Shown piece by piece: positions 1 to 12,627 of a stretch of DNA of 64,000 nucleotides (the first letter of the stretch is position 1; the number at the start of each line of letters is the position of its first letter). Made by a program: the position numbers and the translations under genes. A model generated the notes under the pieces. The model was not told where the DNA came from. It saw only the letters and a program-made list of their open reading frames with translations, and made no database searches. The stretch is from contig CDMY01000332.1 of NCBI GenBank assembly GCA_001179505.1, positions 1-64,000 on the forward strand, read 5' to 3'. Source of the DNA: Vitrella brassicaformis CCMP3155 (Eukaryota > Protista > Chromerida).

Positions 1-18
1 CGACACACACGTCTTTAC

Positions 19-634
19 TTGGCGTGTGTGTGGTTGAGTTGCTGTTTGGTGTGGGTGAGCTGCGCCGCGAGTGTGGACTCGGCCTCACGCACACGCATCA
101 GCTCGTCAGACAACTCACTCACCTACACGGACAGAGAGAGAGAGAGAGAGGTCAATGGCTGCATCTGCCCGGTGTCTCTCTCTGTCTGTCTGTGTGTGAC
201 CTTCTTGTTGTGTTGCTGCTGGAGTGCATTGATTTGTGCGTCGTGTTGTTTGTTGAGGGTGGCAATCTGTCGGTCCATCTGGGTGAGCTGATCGTGGAGG
301 GCCGCTGATGTCTCGATGAAGCTCTTCTCGTGCGCCTCCACGGCATCCGCCCGACCAGCCAACGAACACAACACACCCAACTCTGCAGACACACACAAAC
401 ACGCACACACAGAGAGAGGTGTGAGTAAGCAACCAGTGCAGTGTGTGTGTGTGTCAATGGCGTGCCTTTGTCTTTGTCTTGTATGATGGCGAGTAGATCT
501 TTGTGGCGCCCCTCCCCCTCCCGGATCTGCTTCTGCAGATCGCACCGACGGCGGGCGGCGATGAACGAGGCGTGCAGCTCGTCCACCTCTCGCAGCACAC
601 CCGACGCATCCAAATGAACCGGCGCTTCCTCCAT
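19..634 (-). CDS. Coiled-coil hypothetical protein, 3' end runs off the window (exons ~634-470, ~345-201, 122-19)
   Basis: Spliceable open frames read MEEAPVHLDASGVLREVDELHASF..., AVEAHEKSFIETSAALHDQLTQMDRQIATLNKQHDAQINALQQQHNKK and VSELSDELMRVREAESTLAAQLTHTKQQL, with heptad-like composition. Introns carry GT..AG ends and (GT)n tracts. It could be the 3' part of the next gene. Confidence 0.6.
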
Positions 635-1011
635 CTGTCGGTCTTGTTGCAATCAATTGATTCACATCGACATTCTATTGAAGAGAGGAAAGAGTTGTCG
701 TGATTTGTCTGTTTGTGTGTCTCTGTCTGTTTCCATCCGTCCATGCGTACACATATATACGTAGGTAGGTGCGATCCAGACAGACAGACGGACAGACAGA
801 CGGCCATGGTACACACAGACGGCGGGAGAAGGCAAAACCGCCACACAATAATATTACAGAGGGCCGGAGAGACCCCCCTCCTGCGCTCGCCTTTCGTCCT
901 CCCTGAATTGGCAAAGAAACAATCACTCCCACATCGATCACATCCTCAGCCTCGCTCCATGCGATCCATCGCTCAGCAATCACCCAGCAAATCAGCAAAT
1001 TGGCCACCAGA

Positions 1012-2535
1012 CTAACGCAGGCAGATCACATCACTTTCCGCCCTCTGCTGTTGCTCTTCCGCCTCGCACGCTGGTCGAGCCCTCCTTCTTGTCTTCATCG
1101 CCAAGCGCCACCTCTGCCAGCGCCTGCGTGACCCACACCAACCGTCACATCGATCCATCACCAACTTTCTGCCGTGATGTGCGTCGTTGACCTTCAGAAA
1201 CAGATTCAGCTCAGACGTGTTGCCGTGCGTGCGCTTTCGGCTGCCGGGCGGCATACGGCGGCCCTCCTCGCCACCACTGCTGTCGTCTCCTGGCGCGTCC
1301 GACGCCTCCAGCGCCTCTAGCAGCGCCAGCGACGGGAGGTTCGTCGATGATGAAGGCTTGGAGGCGTCTTGCACAGGGTTGGACGATGACGACCTGGGAT
1401 GAGACAAACAAGGGTGACAAACAGTGATGAACAGAGGCCAAGGATTGATCATGGATTGGATTGTGCGAACCGGTGTGTGAATGGCTCCCTTGCGTCTTCG
1501 GTGTCCTGCAGCTGAGCGCGCACGTGAGCAGGAAACATCCGCAGACGACCAGAGCTGGGCCAACACACGCGACACAAAAGAATGGTCCAAACGACGCGAG
1601 TGAACAGGCAGCCCGACTCTCTTCACTTACGTGCGTCTTTGCGAGACTGCCTCGACGCCCTTGCCCTCATCTTCCCCGAGTCCCTCATCGCCACCGCCTC
1701 TCTTGCCCTTGCGCGATGTCTTGGTCCCCTGCGCCTTCTTCGATCCACCCTTCACGTTGTCTTGCTCCAACTCCTCCCGCACCAGCTTTGCCAGGTACTT
1801 GAGGCGGTCACTGAGGCGGGGTGTCTTCCGCTTTCCTTGGACGGGCATACGGCCCGTGAGCCTCTCCAGGGACTGTGTGAGTGGGCCGAGGTGTTGAATG
1901 AACGTCTGTAGCTCTCGTGAGTCGAGCTCCTTTTCGTCGTCATCGGCCACAGACCCTCCGAGCACGGCTATCGAAGCGGCGGGATCGGTCTGTTTGCTCG
2001 TGCGGCTCTTGGCGGTGTCACGCAGGATAAGGGGGGTTGTGTTGGCGGCCGTGTGGGGGGCGGGAGGGCCGCACAGGACCGAGAGCAGGCACTGAGTCGT
2101 GTCCGCGGCCGAGCCACTGGTAGCTGAGGGCACGAAGGTGCCCGCGCCCATGCGGCGACGCTTGCTGTGTGGCGTCTGCTGCAGGTACTGCATCAGATCA
2201 CGATACCGCTCGTCCATCTGGAACCCGGCTCTTCCGACGAACGGGGTGGTGGAGAGGCTGGCTGCTGCAAAAGCAGGGGGTGGCTTGACTGACGGCGTCC
2301 GCGAGACGGGCGGGGCGGGCGATTCTTCATGGGCAGACGACGAGAGGCCGAAAGGGTTGGCGGGTGCTTGGATGGTCAGGTCAGGGAGTGGGCTCACAGC
2401 GACGGGCGGCGTCTGGCCGTCATCGTGGTGCTGCACGCTGGGCGCCGTCGTGGGAGTCTGCAGCGGGCTGGCCGGGCGCTCTTTCTCTTGCACTCCATCC
2501 AGGTGCGGCAGGCTGAGACAAGCGGGAAATGTCAA
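1012..2535 (-). CDS. Hypothetical low-complexity protein (exon 2535-1631, intron, exon ~1393-1012)
   Basis: 302-aa ORF ends at a GTAAGT donor at 1630. An acceptor near 1394 continues into SSSNPVQDASKPSSSTNLPS... No recognisable domain. Confidence 0.55.
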
Positions 2536-2689
2536 GGAAAAGTGAACACAGCGATCTTGACTTTTTCTTTTGGCTCACCTTGGTCTCCCGTTCACGCCAT
2601 CCCTCTCAGCCATGGGCTCAGCAAGTGGCGAATCTTTGCCGCAGCACCAGCGGTTTCAGGCTGCACCCTAGGCGCCTGTGCGAGCTTGG

Positions 2690-2776
2690 TGAGTGTTCTT
2701 TTTTCCTTTCTCCCTCTTGCCTGGCTTTGAGCGGCGTGGCCATGTACCCCCGGCAGTCGTTCCTTGTTGTTTTCAG
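2690..2776 (+). other. Probable 5'-UTR intron of the CK2 alpha gene
   Basis: GTGAGT donor at 2690, pyrimidine-rich interior, TTTTCAG acceptor at 2776, upstream of the CK2 start codons. Confidence 0.5.
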
Positions 2777-2940
2777 AGTGTGACGTTGCTGCTTTATGGG
2801 TGGATTGGTGACTGCACCGGCACCTCAGGCATCCCGCAACTCACTCAGCTGACTGAGCTTCGCCCAGGCCTCCATCTTACCCACCCGCCACTCTACCGCT
2901 GCTCACTCGGCGAGGCAGCCGAGTCGGCGGTTGGTGTTGT

Positions 2941-5051
2941 ATGCTCAAGAGTGGCGTGCGGCGTATGGCGACCATGGCTTCTTCTCGCAGCTCGTGTCCG
3001 CCCCGTCTGTATGCCCAGGTGAATGCGACTCGTCCGCGGGAGTACTGGGACTACGAGATGCTGCAGATCAACTGGGGCAACCAGGACCACTATGAGGTGG
3101 TCCGGAAGATCGGCCGCGGCAAGTACTCTGAGGTGTTTGAGGGCATCAACAGTGTGACTGGCGACAAGTGCGTCATCAAGATCCTCAAGCCCGTCAAAAA
3201 GAAGAAGATCAAGCGAGAGATCAAGATACTGCAGAACCTCTTTGGCGGACCCAACATTGTCAAGCTCCTCGACGTCGTCAGGGACCAACAGTCCAAGACG
3301 CCCAGCCTGGTGCGTGCGGAGGGAGAATCGATAAGCTAGGGAGGGCGGGGGGGGCCTGCCTGCCTGTGATGTCGGCGCACACACACGCAGCACATCCATG
3401 CCCATGCATTGAATAGTGGATGGGTGTTTTTGTGTGTGGTGTGGTGTGTGGGTTCTGTTCTGTGTCATCATGATGCAGATCTTTGAGTACATCAACAACA
3501 CGGATTTCAAGACCCTCTACCCCACACTGACGGACTACGACATCCGGTACTACATCTACCAAGTGCTTCGGGTGGGCAATGGGGCCGGCGGGCGGGCGGG
3601 TCGGTGGATTGACTGACTGATGGGCGGGCGGGCAACACACTCACGCACTCTCTCGCTCACTCTCGTGGCTGGCTGGCTGGCTGGGTGCGGTTGGTGCATT
3701 TGGTGTCTGTGCCTGTGCCTGTGCCTGTGTGTGTCAGGCTCTTGACTACAGCCACTCACAGGGCATCATGCATCGTGACGTCAAGCCACACAATGTCATG
3801 ATCGACCACGACAAGAGGTCAGTCAGTGAGGTGCGCATGCGCACCGGGTGTTGACTCAATGCAATGAAGGTGGATGTGTGGTGCGCATATGATATGTGTG
3901 CAGGCATCTTCGTTTAATCGACTGGGGTTTGGCTGAGTTCTATCACATGGACAGGGAATACAACGTCAGGGTAAGTAGTGGGTCACGAAGGGAGGGAGGC
4001 GCCAACGACTCCCTCACACGACGTGTGCGGCATTCCAGTGCCTCTCTCTCTGTGTGTCTGTGTGTGTGTGTGTGTGATTGATAGGTAGCGTCTCGTTATT
4101 ACAAGGGTCCCGAGTTGCTGGTGGATTTGCAGCACTATGACTACTCGCTCGACGTCTGGAGCCTCGGATGCATGCTGGCAGGAATGGTCAGTCAGTGACT
4201 GATTGCTGGTGCAGCCAGCGTGTGCTGTCTGGGATGCTGTGACAACCAACCGTGGAGGCAGTGGTGTGCCTGTCGGTGTGTTGGTGGTTGTGTGTGTGCA
4301 GGTGTTTAAGAAGGAGCCCTTCTTCCACGGCCACGACAACTACGACCAGCTCGTCAAAATCGCACGCGTCCTCGGTCAGCGTATGTCCACCACACCGAAT
4401 CAATCGCACATACGCACACACACGCGCACATCCATGGTGTGATGTGGTGTGGTGTGGTGTTTTGTGATGTGTCGTGCAGGGACGGACGGGCTGTACACGT
4501 ATGTGGACAAGTATCAGCTTGAGCTGGACCCGCACTTCGATGACATACTGGGCAGGTCGGTGAAGTCAGACCACACAGGCAGCCAGCCAGCCAGGCAGTC
4601 GTATGTGTTATATTTACTTGTGTGAGTACTTGGGTGCTTCTGCGCCGTGCCGTGTGTTGTGTGTGGGGTTGTGTTGTGGTTGGTTCAACCAGGCACAGTC
4701 GAAAGCCGTGGAGCAAGTTCATCACGCCCGAGAACCAGCACCTGGTGTCCAACGACGTCATCGACCTCATCGACAGAATGCTCGTATACGACCATGTATG
4801 TGAACATGTTCCCACACACTCCCCTACCCTAGCCACCCGCCCAGCCCACTCGTTTGTCTTTGTGTGTGTGTGTGTGTCAGGCTGAGCGCATCGTGCCCCG
4901 TGAGGCGATGCAGCACCGGTATTTCCAGCCCATTCAGGCGGAGCTGCAGCGTGACGATGCGGCGGCCAGTGCGGCCATGCAGGACGTCCCTAACCCGCAC
5001 AATGACGCCCAGGCCGGGCCCATGCCCTCACAGTCGGCCTCCATGAGATGA
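2941..5051 (+). CDS. CK2A: Casein kinase II catalytic subunit alpha; 9 exons (2941-3309, 3479-3571, 3738-3817, 3904-3970, 4085-4186, 4302-4374, 4480-4555, 4693-4795, 4881-5051); start may be 2965 or 2974
   Basis: Diagnostic motifs [74 protein letters not shown] all join in frame across GT-AG introns. Confidence 0.98.
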
Positions 5052-6011
5052 CGGACGACACACGCAGGGGAGGGAGGGAGGGAGGTACGGGTGGTGGCCT
5101 TTCGCTTTTGTGCCTGGAGAGATGGATGGGTGGGTGGGTGGGTCCATTCCATCCATCCATGAGCAGTCAGGGAGTGAGTGAGCGGGGGAGTGGGTGCCGT
5201 TTCTCTCCTCTCGTGTCATTCATGTCCACTCATCTGCCTGTCACGTCCCTCCCTCCCTCCCCCTCCTCTGTCTGTAGACAGGCGAGGCCTGCCTGAGTGA
5301 GGTAGGGATGTGTGTGCTGTGTTGTGTTGTGTTGCCTTGGTTGATGCACGCTTGATACGCCGCATCCCGTAAGTGAGCCGCTCTGTGGCGTGCACACGGA
5401 ATCGCAACACACACAGACATGACAGACATCACAGACATGGCAGGCAGGCAGGCTCCCTCCCTCCCTCCGTCCCTTCCCTCTTGTGCCGCACACACAGGCT
5501 TCTCTGCTGCGTGCGAAGTCGGTATTTCCTGTCTGCCTGCCTGCCTGCCTGTCCCTACCTCTTGCATGTCGATATGCCTGCCTGCCTGCGTGCGAAGCAG
5601 TACCTCTGCCTGCCTGCTTTGCTTCCCTCCCTCCCTCCCTCAAGTGTTCGCTGTGTGTCGACTGACAAGCAAGCCAAGCTCTGGCGGCGGCTGGTGGGTG
5701 GTGGGTGGGCTGATACATGCGGACACTGACTGACTGACTGACTGAGAGACAGACTGACTGATTGATGGTATGTAGTACAATAAACAGGTATTTGTCACCC
5801 ACCGCAAGAAGAAGGAATTTACGGACGAAATAAATAATAGGACATCCTCAAGGCTAAATCGTCCAGTAAGTGCGGTAGCCGAGCCGAACCGGCCCCCGCA
5901 CCCCAACACGCACGCACAGGAGCAGAAGAAGAATAGAATTGCGAACCAACAAGCAAGCAAGCCGCACACGGCCTAGGCCCGTGAGCTGCTGCAGACAGAG
6001 GAGATAATATC

Positions 6012-6191
6012 ATGTTTTACAAGACCAAGATGTGCCCGGCGTGGCTGAGGGGCCACTGCCCCGTCGGACCACGATGCACCTACGCTCACTCACAGGTAAG
6101 TCTGATAGAGATAAAGAGGGAGGGAAGGGGGGAGGGACCGGGAGGCAGGGAGGGAGGAGAGAAGAGGGAAATAGATGGCGTGACGTGACAC

Positions 6192-6222
<31 letters not shown>

Positions 6223-7201
6223 TCAGGGCGAGATGCGACCGCTGCCCAACTTGGAGAAGACTAAAGTCCGTCCGTCAGCTCAGCCAGGCAGCTAGCTGGG
6301 ATGGGCAGGAGGGAGGGAGGCGTTAATCTTGGTGTGGTGTTAACTTGATGTGGTTGGTTGGTGTGGTGTGCAGCTGTGTGAGTCTGTGCGGAAGAAGCTC
6401 CCGTGTGAGGTTCCCGACTGCCGCTACGCACACTCACAGGAGGAAATGCGGCCCTCACCCGAGCTCTCAGAATACAAAACCTCCATGTGCCTCTTCTACA
6501 GACAAGGTAGGTGAGAAGCTGTCTGTGTGTCGATGGATGGGCTCACACACCATGGCTGTCTGTCTGCCTGTCTGTCTGCCTGTCTGTGTGCAGGTCGGTG
6601 TTTGAACGGCGATAAATGTCGGTTTGCCCACGGCCGGGGGGACCTCCGCTCGCGCCGCACACCCACACCCGCAGCCACACCGCCCTCGGTGGTCGACGAT
6701 GATACCACCACCAGCACCACCAGCACGACGACGCCCATCGAGCACCACGCGCGTGACGGCAACTCGGTCATCTTGTTCACCAGGAGCAAAGAGAGATTCG
6801 TCGACACTGACGCGGTGGTCGGACCGGGGGCGGCACCCTACTGTAGCCCCTATCACTATCACCACCACCAGAGCGAGAAGCCGACCGACTATTACAACGG
6901 ACCGCCGCACTACACGTAGGGCCCCGCACCCATCGGTCACGACGGCCACACACACGTCACACGCGTCCTCTGTCCTCTGGCCTCTTCATTCAGGCTGGCG
7001 AGTGAGTATCATTCCTTCTCGGCCGTGCCCGGTGCGACGCACCACCCCGACCCACACCCCTACTCCCGCCCGCCGCCGCCGCCATACGACCCAGACACCC
7101 CTCACGAGACGGCAACGTGGGGCAAATCGTTCACGGCAGCCGTCAGCCGAGGGTGGGTGGCTGGGCAGCTCAGATAAGCCGTGGGAATGCACCTTGTGAC
7201 G

Positions 7202-7238
<37 letters not shown>

Positions 7239-7599
7239 TCTGCAGGTCGGTGTTTGGCCGTCTGGTGAATATCTGTGGGATCTGTTATGAGCGGGAGTCA
7301 GACGTCAAGCTGATGCCCTGCAGGGAGGTCAAGATGTGCTATGTCTGCTGGGACGCACACAAGCGCAGGTTTGAGGAGCTGCTGGCGCAGACACGGGCGG
7401 CCGGCAAGCCCACTGCTGCCGCTGAGGAGCCAAAGCTGCTGTGCCCATTCTGCCGACGGTGAGTGAGACATACGATGGATGGATGGATGGGGATGTCTCC
7501 CTCTCTGTGTGTGTATGTGTGTGCAGAGAGGTGTTGTTTGCGGGCAGCAAGACGGATGTCGTCCGTTGGGCTCTGCAGGACCTCGAGAACGACGAGTGA
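6012..7599 (+). CDS. Triple CCCH zinc-finger protein with C-terminal RING-like domain; 7 exons (6012-6095, 6227-6265, 6374-6506, 6594-6915, 6994-7152, 7246-7458, 7527-7599)
   Basis: YKTKMC..C..C.YAH, KTKLC..C..C.YAH and YKTSMC..C..C.FAH fingers. C-terminus reads CGIC-x11-CREVKMCYVC...CPFC. All splice phases are consistent through to TGA 7597-7599. Confidence 0.88.
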
Positions 7600-10500
7600 G
7601 TGAGGTCTGCCTGGTCTGCCTCAGGACCGTTCGTTTTAAACGAAGTGGTTTGTCGCCTCTTTATTAACGAGCGAGATAGATTATGTCATGGTTTTCGGTG
7701 TGGTGGGGATTGGGGGTGGTGTGACTGACTGCCTGCGTCCACACGCGGGAATTGTGTGACGAATCAATGGGCTGGCTGTACTTGTGTCTGTCGAGATGAC
7801 AGCAGTACCTCCCTTCCCCTCCCCTCGGCGGTGAGGGAGGGTATGTGTGTGCGAGTGTGTGTAGTGATCAAAGTGCGTGTGTGGGGGAATTGAATGAGAG
7901 CAAGGGTATTCATCAAGGCACACACACACTCATATCATGGGGTGGTTGGTTGGTTCGCAACACGCGCAGTCGAGACGACTGACAAACAGGGAGGAAAAAA
8001 AAAGTGCGTCGTACGACATACCTCGACAGCCACCAGCACGAACACGACAACGAGAAGTGAGTGAGTCAGTCAGTGGACGGCAGACAGACAGATAGACGCT
8101 CAGGTATACACACACACTTCTCCCGACACTCCCCTCAGACACGGGACGATGCTGTCTGTAATGGTGATACCTCTCGACCTCCCTCCCTCCAACATACCAA
8201 AACTCCCTCTCACCCGGCTCGGCTCCCTTCTCTCTCTCATCCCTCTATATGAACCTTCACGCACCCAGGGAGGCAGCCACACACATCGGCCCGCCCGGCC
8301 GGCCCAATGGCGGGCTGACAAATACAGACACAGACGCAGGCACAGGCACAGGCACAGGCACAGGCATGCAGCCAGCCAGCCAGCCAGCCGTCGTGCAAGT
8401 GAGTTGGTGAGTGCGTCTGACTGCCCCGACCTGGCTGGGCTGGCAACAAATAGCGGTAGGTACACAGGCACAGCACACTCGCAGGCAAGTAGGGAGGGAG
8501 GCAGCCAACGACCTACAGATTTATGCAAGGGGATGGCATGGCATGGGATATTCATGATGTGTCGACGGCCAAAACATGCTGGATGGATGGATGGGTCTCT
8601 CGATCCTCCATCACATCACGCGCACGACACGATAAAGAGAGACAGACACTCGCGAGCACCACCCAAGCCCCCGGCCAGACACACACTGCCACCCAACAGT
8701 ATGGTATATGGTACACACATGAGCGGGTACGGGACGAGTGGGCTGTGCGTGTGTGGGTGGGTGGGTGGGTCGGTCGGTCTCTCTCTCTCTCTCTCGTCTT
8801 GGTTATGCCTGCCCTCACAAAACTGCTGCAGAACCAAACCGACTAAACCAACTTCCGTGGCAAAAACAGACGGACGGACGGACGGCGGGAAAGCCTCACC
8901 CCACCAATCATTCGGGGCCGATGCTGCGCAGGAAGGAGCCTTCTGAGGCGTCTGCTGCCGCGTGTCGTGGCGCCATTCCTTTGGCGCGGGACACACGGCA
9001 ACAGTCGCCTCACTAAGAGCTAGCCACACGCACCGGACCCACTCATCGGAAACTGTGCGGACAGCAAACACGGCCATCCATCTCTCTCCCCCCCTCTCTC
9101 TCTCTCCCCGTCTGTCCATCCATCCATCCATCCATCCATCCGCAAGTACCCTTGGTGTCTGCCTGCCTGTCGCCTGCCTCTAGTAGAGCAGCCTCTCTAC
9201 CTGCATGGATGGGACAGCTGACCTCACACAAAGGGCGGGCGCGGCATACTTCGTCTGTCTGTCTTGACACACAGAACGAAAAGGGTTGAAAAATCCGCCG
9301 CTCACGAACGATTAGTGTAATCGTGTGTGCTCATCTCATCTACCAGTCAGTGGCGTGGCTTTCATACCTATAACAGGCAGGCAGGCTTCCTCCTTGGTGT
9401 GTTGGTGCGTTGATATCAGTCACGCAAGCAGTCAGCCAGCCATGTATCAGAGTGTCTTATCTATTGGTCTCATCGTCGATGGAACGAATGGACGGCCTTC
9501 CCTCCTTGGGATCTATCCACCCACCCCACTGGCACACTCACGCATGTCACTCACCTCACCCACACCACCTCACCCACACCAACAAAACGAACGACAACCA
9601 AACAGACAGACAGACAGACAGACAACCACCCGCTCTGTCCCCACTCACTGCCCTCCCCCCTGGCTGCACTGCTCGCTGCCCATTCCCGGCCTCTCTGCAG
9701 GCTGGTGTGATGGAAAAATTGCGATCGATTGGGACGCTACGCTGCCTGTCTGGCTGGCTGTGTGTGGCAGAGAGAGGGAGAGACAAGGCGTGGGCGGGCG
9801 GGGCGGGTGGCTGGCATGGACGAACAAGGCACGCAGTCATTCACTCATTCATTCGACGGCCGACTGAAAACGGACGGATGGATGAATGAATGGATGGATG
9901 GGGGAAGAGGGCAGACAGGAAAGGAATACTATGTGTTGACGTCATCGTGTGGCGTGGCGCCCCCCGTGCGCGTCGTGTCGTGTCGAGTGTCCTCTCCTCT
10001 CTCTCCTCTCAACTTCTCTCCTCTCGCTCTGCTCTACTAGCCGGCTCCCTCACTCACTCAACGAAACGCGTTCGTACGTCCGTATGTATGTGCCCATGCC
10101 AATACCAATACGTACGGACAAAATATATATATAACGGTCTTTGTGTGTGTATGGCGACAACACACACAATAGATAGATAGACAGACAGACAGGCAGGCAG
10201 ACGGACGGACGGACGGACGGAGGGACGGGCCAAGAGGCCAGGCCGCTCCTCCGTGCGGCGCGTGAATCGCTGGATGGATAGATGGACACACGTATGCGTT
10301 GTTTTTGCGTCGTGTGAGCTTGCCTTGCCGACAGTGGGGCGGGGCACAACAAAAAGCACTCACTCTCTGCGAATGAACCTGCCTCCCTGCCATCCATCCT
10401 GCATGTATTGCTTCAACCCCCCTGCCTCCCAATCCCTCGCAATCCCTTCCTCCTGACTCCATGACTCCCACGTCAGGTAGGTTGTTCGTGCAGCAGCCAG

Positions 10501-11400
10501 CCAGCCAGCCAGCCAGTCAGCCATCGGCACGCGCCGTGTTCGGGCGCGTCGCGTCATGCATGGCCTAGCAGCACTCCATCCAAACCATACAAAACTCACC
10601 GCTAACTTGACGAAGAAAACACTCCCTCCCTCCATCTCTCCCTCTCGACCAACCAACCAACCAAAATAGTCAGCCCAAGAGTCAGCCAGCCAGGCGAGCA
10701 GCCAGTCATTCATTCATTCACTCTCGCACTCACAGACATAGACACAGACAGAGACACCCCCTCTGCGTGTGCTGTGCCGCCGCTGTGGAAAAAGAGCCGG
10801 TCTATGCAGACCGGCTTTCCTTGGTGAGGAAAAGCACTCCACTCCCTGCCCGTCCGTCCCGTCCCATCCCATCAGATGGACGCACGCACAGCATGGGGTG
10901 GGCAGAGACGTGACGAGAAAAGGGGCAGGGGGAGGGAGGGGTGGGAGGAATGACACGCCCACAGAAATGCAAGCAGGCAGGCAGGCAGGCAGGCAGCCGG
11001 GGCATTCGCACACCCACTCCTTCCTTCCGTCTATGTGTTTTCCTTCCTGCCTGCCTGCCTGCCTGGCTGTCCTCGGGTGCTTCCATCTCAGCCATCCATT
11101 CAGTCATCATATATTTGTCAAGAGATAATTGACAGATGGCATCCATGCACTCGCTTGTCCAAATCGCCTCCATGAATCTATCCACATATGCCTATGCACA
11201 AATATGTGTCATCATATATTCGATAATTCAGCCAGTCGTGTGTGTCGGTGTGTGTGCCATGCAATCTTCTGCCTACCGGCATCACTGCCGGACGGACGGA
11301 CCAATCAGGTGCACCGGGAAAAACACGCACACGCACGCACGCACGCAGAAGAATCCATCCAGACATCCAGACAGACAGACAGACAGGCTCACGACAAATG
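7600..11400. repeat. Microsatellite-dense intergenic/UTR tract (GACA, CAGC, CATC, CACAGG, GACG units)
   Basis: Direct inspection. The ORFs here are translations of simple repeats. Confidence 0.7.
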
Positions 11401-11519
11401 CAGCCCACGCCACTCATTCAATCACACACCCCACACCCATACCATACCAGTCCCCCCCCTCCCCATGTCCCATGACGACACCACTGCACAAACAGGCCCC
11501 TCCCGAGAGGCGGGCCAGC

Positions 11520-12596
11520 TCAAGTACCGCCCCGTCTGGCCTCCTTTTTGCCCCGCTGCTGCTGCTGCAGGTGCCCCTCTGTTGCTGCACCACTTGCAGC
11601 AGCAGCAGCGGCACCGCTGCCACTGCTATTGCCGTTGGCACCGAGCCTGGCCACCATGGGGGTCGGTTTGGGCTTCTTGACGATGTCAGCCCAGGTCCTC
11701 TTGGCGGGAGCGGGGGGCGCCTCGTCAGCATTGTGGGGCTCTCCCTGCCGCTGCTGCTGGGGGTTCTGCTGCTGCTGCTGCTGCTGGATGTCCCCCCCAG
11801 GACAGCCCTCAAAAGCACGGCCGCCATCCGTCCCGCCCCCCTTGTCCCCCTCGCCCAAGTGGCCGCCCGCCGTGTTGGCCGCCGTCTCCTGCTCCTGCTC
11901 CTGCTGCTGCTGCTGCTGCTGTGTGTTCTTGACCGCTTGGTTAGCTTTGCCTTTGCCACACACGGGGGGCGTGGGGGGGTGGCCCTCGGGCGTCGGTATG
12001 CATGTGTCGCAGGCCGGCGAGTGGGGGAACGGCGTGGCCCCCTCACCCTCGTTGCCTGGCGAAAGAACAGCCCCTCCCTCCTCCTTGGCCGTCGTGTCGG
12101 GCACCGCCAATGTCGATTTGACGGGGGAGGGGGGCGGAGGGGGCGGGGAGACGGTGGTGCCTTGCAAGGCAGAGATGCCCAGCGGGTTGGGCGCCTTGCG
12201 CTCGCGATCGCGATCGCGCTCGCGCGAGCCGCCCACGATACCATGACCATGAGCATGAGCATTAGCTTGAGCAGCAGCGGCCTTAGGCTGTGTCTTGACG
12301 ATGTCCGCCCAGGTGCGGGCGACCGTCTTGTCCTCCGGTCCGCCGCCCCCCGCACTGACGCTAGAAACGTCGGATGAAGCGCCGTCCATAGTGTTCTGGA
12401 CAGAGGACGCCAGCCGTGCGCCGCGGCCGCGGACCTCACTGCAGGTCGAGTCGAGCGAGTGGGGGCTCTCGGGCTGAAGGGGGACGCACCGAGCAGGCGT
12501 GGCCGTGGTGGACGGCGAGTCGGGGAGTGCAGTGGGGGGCTTGGCACAGCCATACATGACCACACAGTCGCTGGTGGAGGACCATTCACACACACA

Positions 12597-12627
<31 letters not shown>

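Noticed and set aside
8100-9131. ORFs of 150-265 aa in the microsatellite tract
   Set aside because: Translations are dominated by simple repeats (HRHRHR, PASQ, SVRP) and have no domain or coherent splice model.
10795-10816. Perfect 9-bp hairpin AGCCGGTCT-atgc-AGACCGGCT next to an A/T run, terminator-like
   Set aside because: Single occurrence in a eukaryotic intergenic region; a 9-bp stem is expected by chance in 64 kb.
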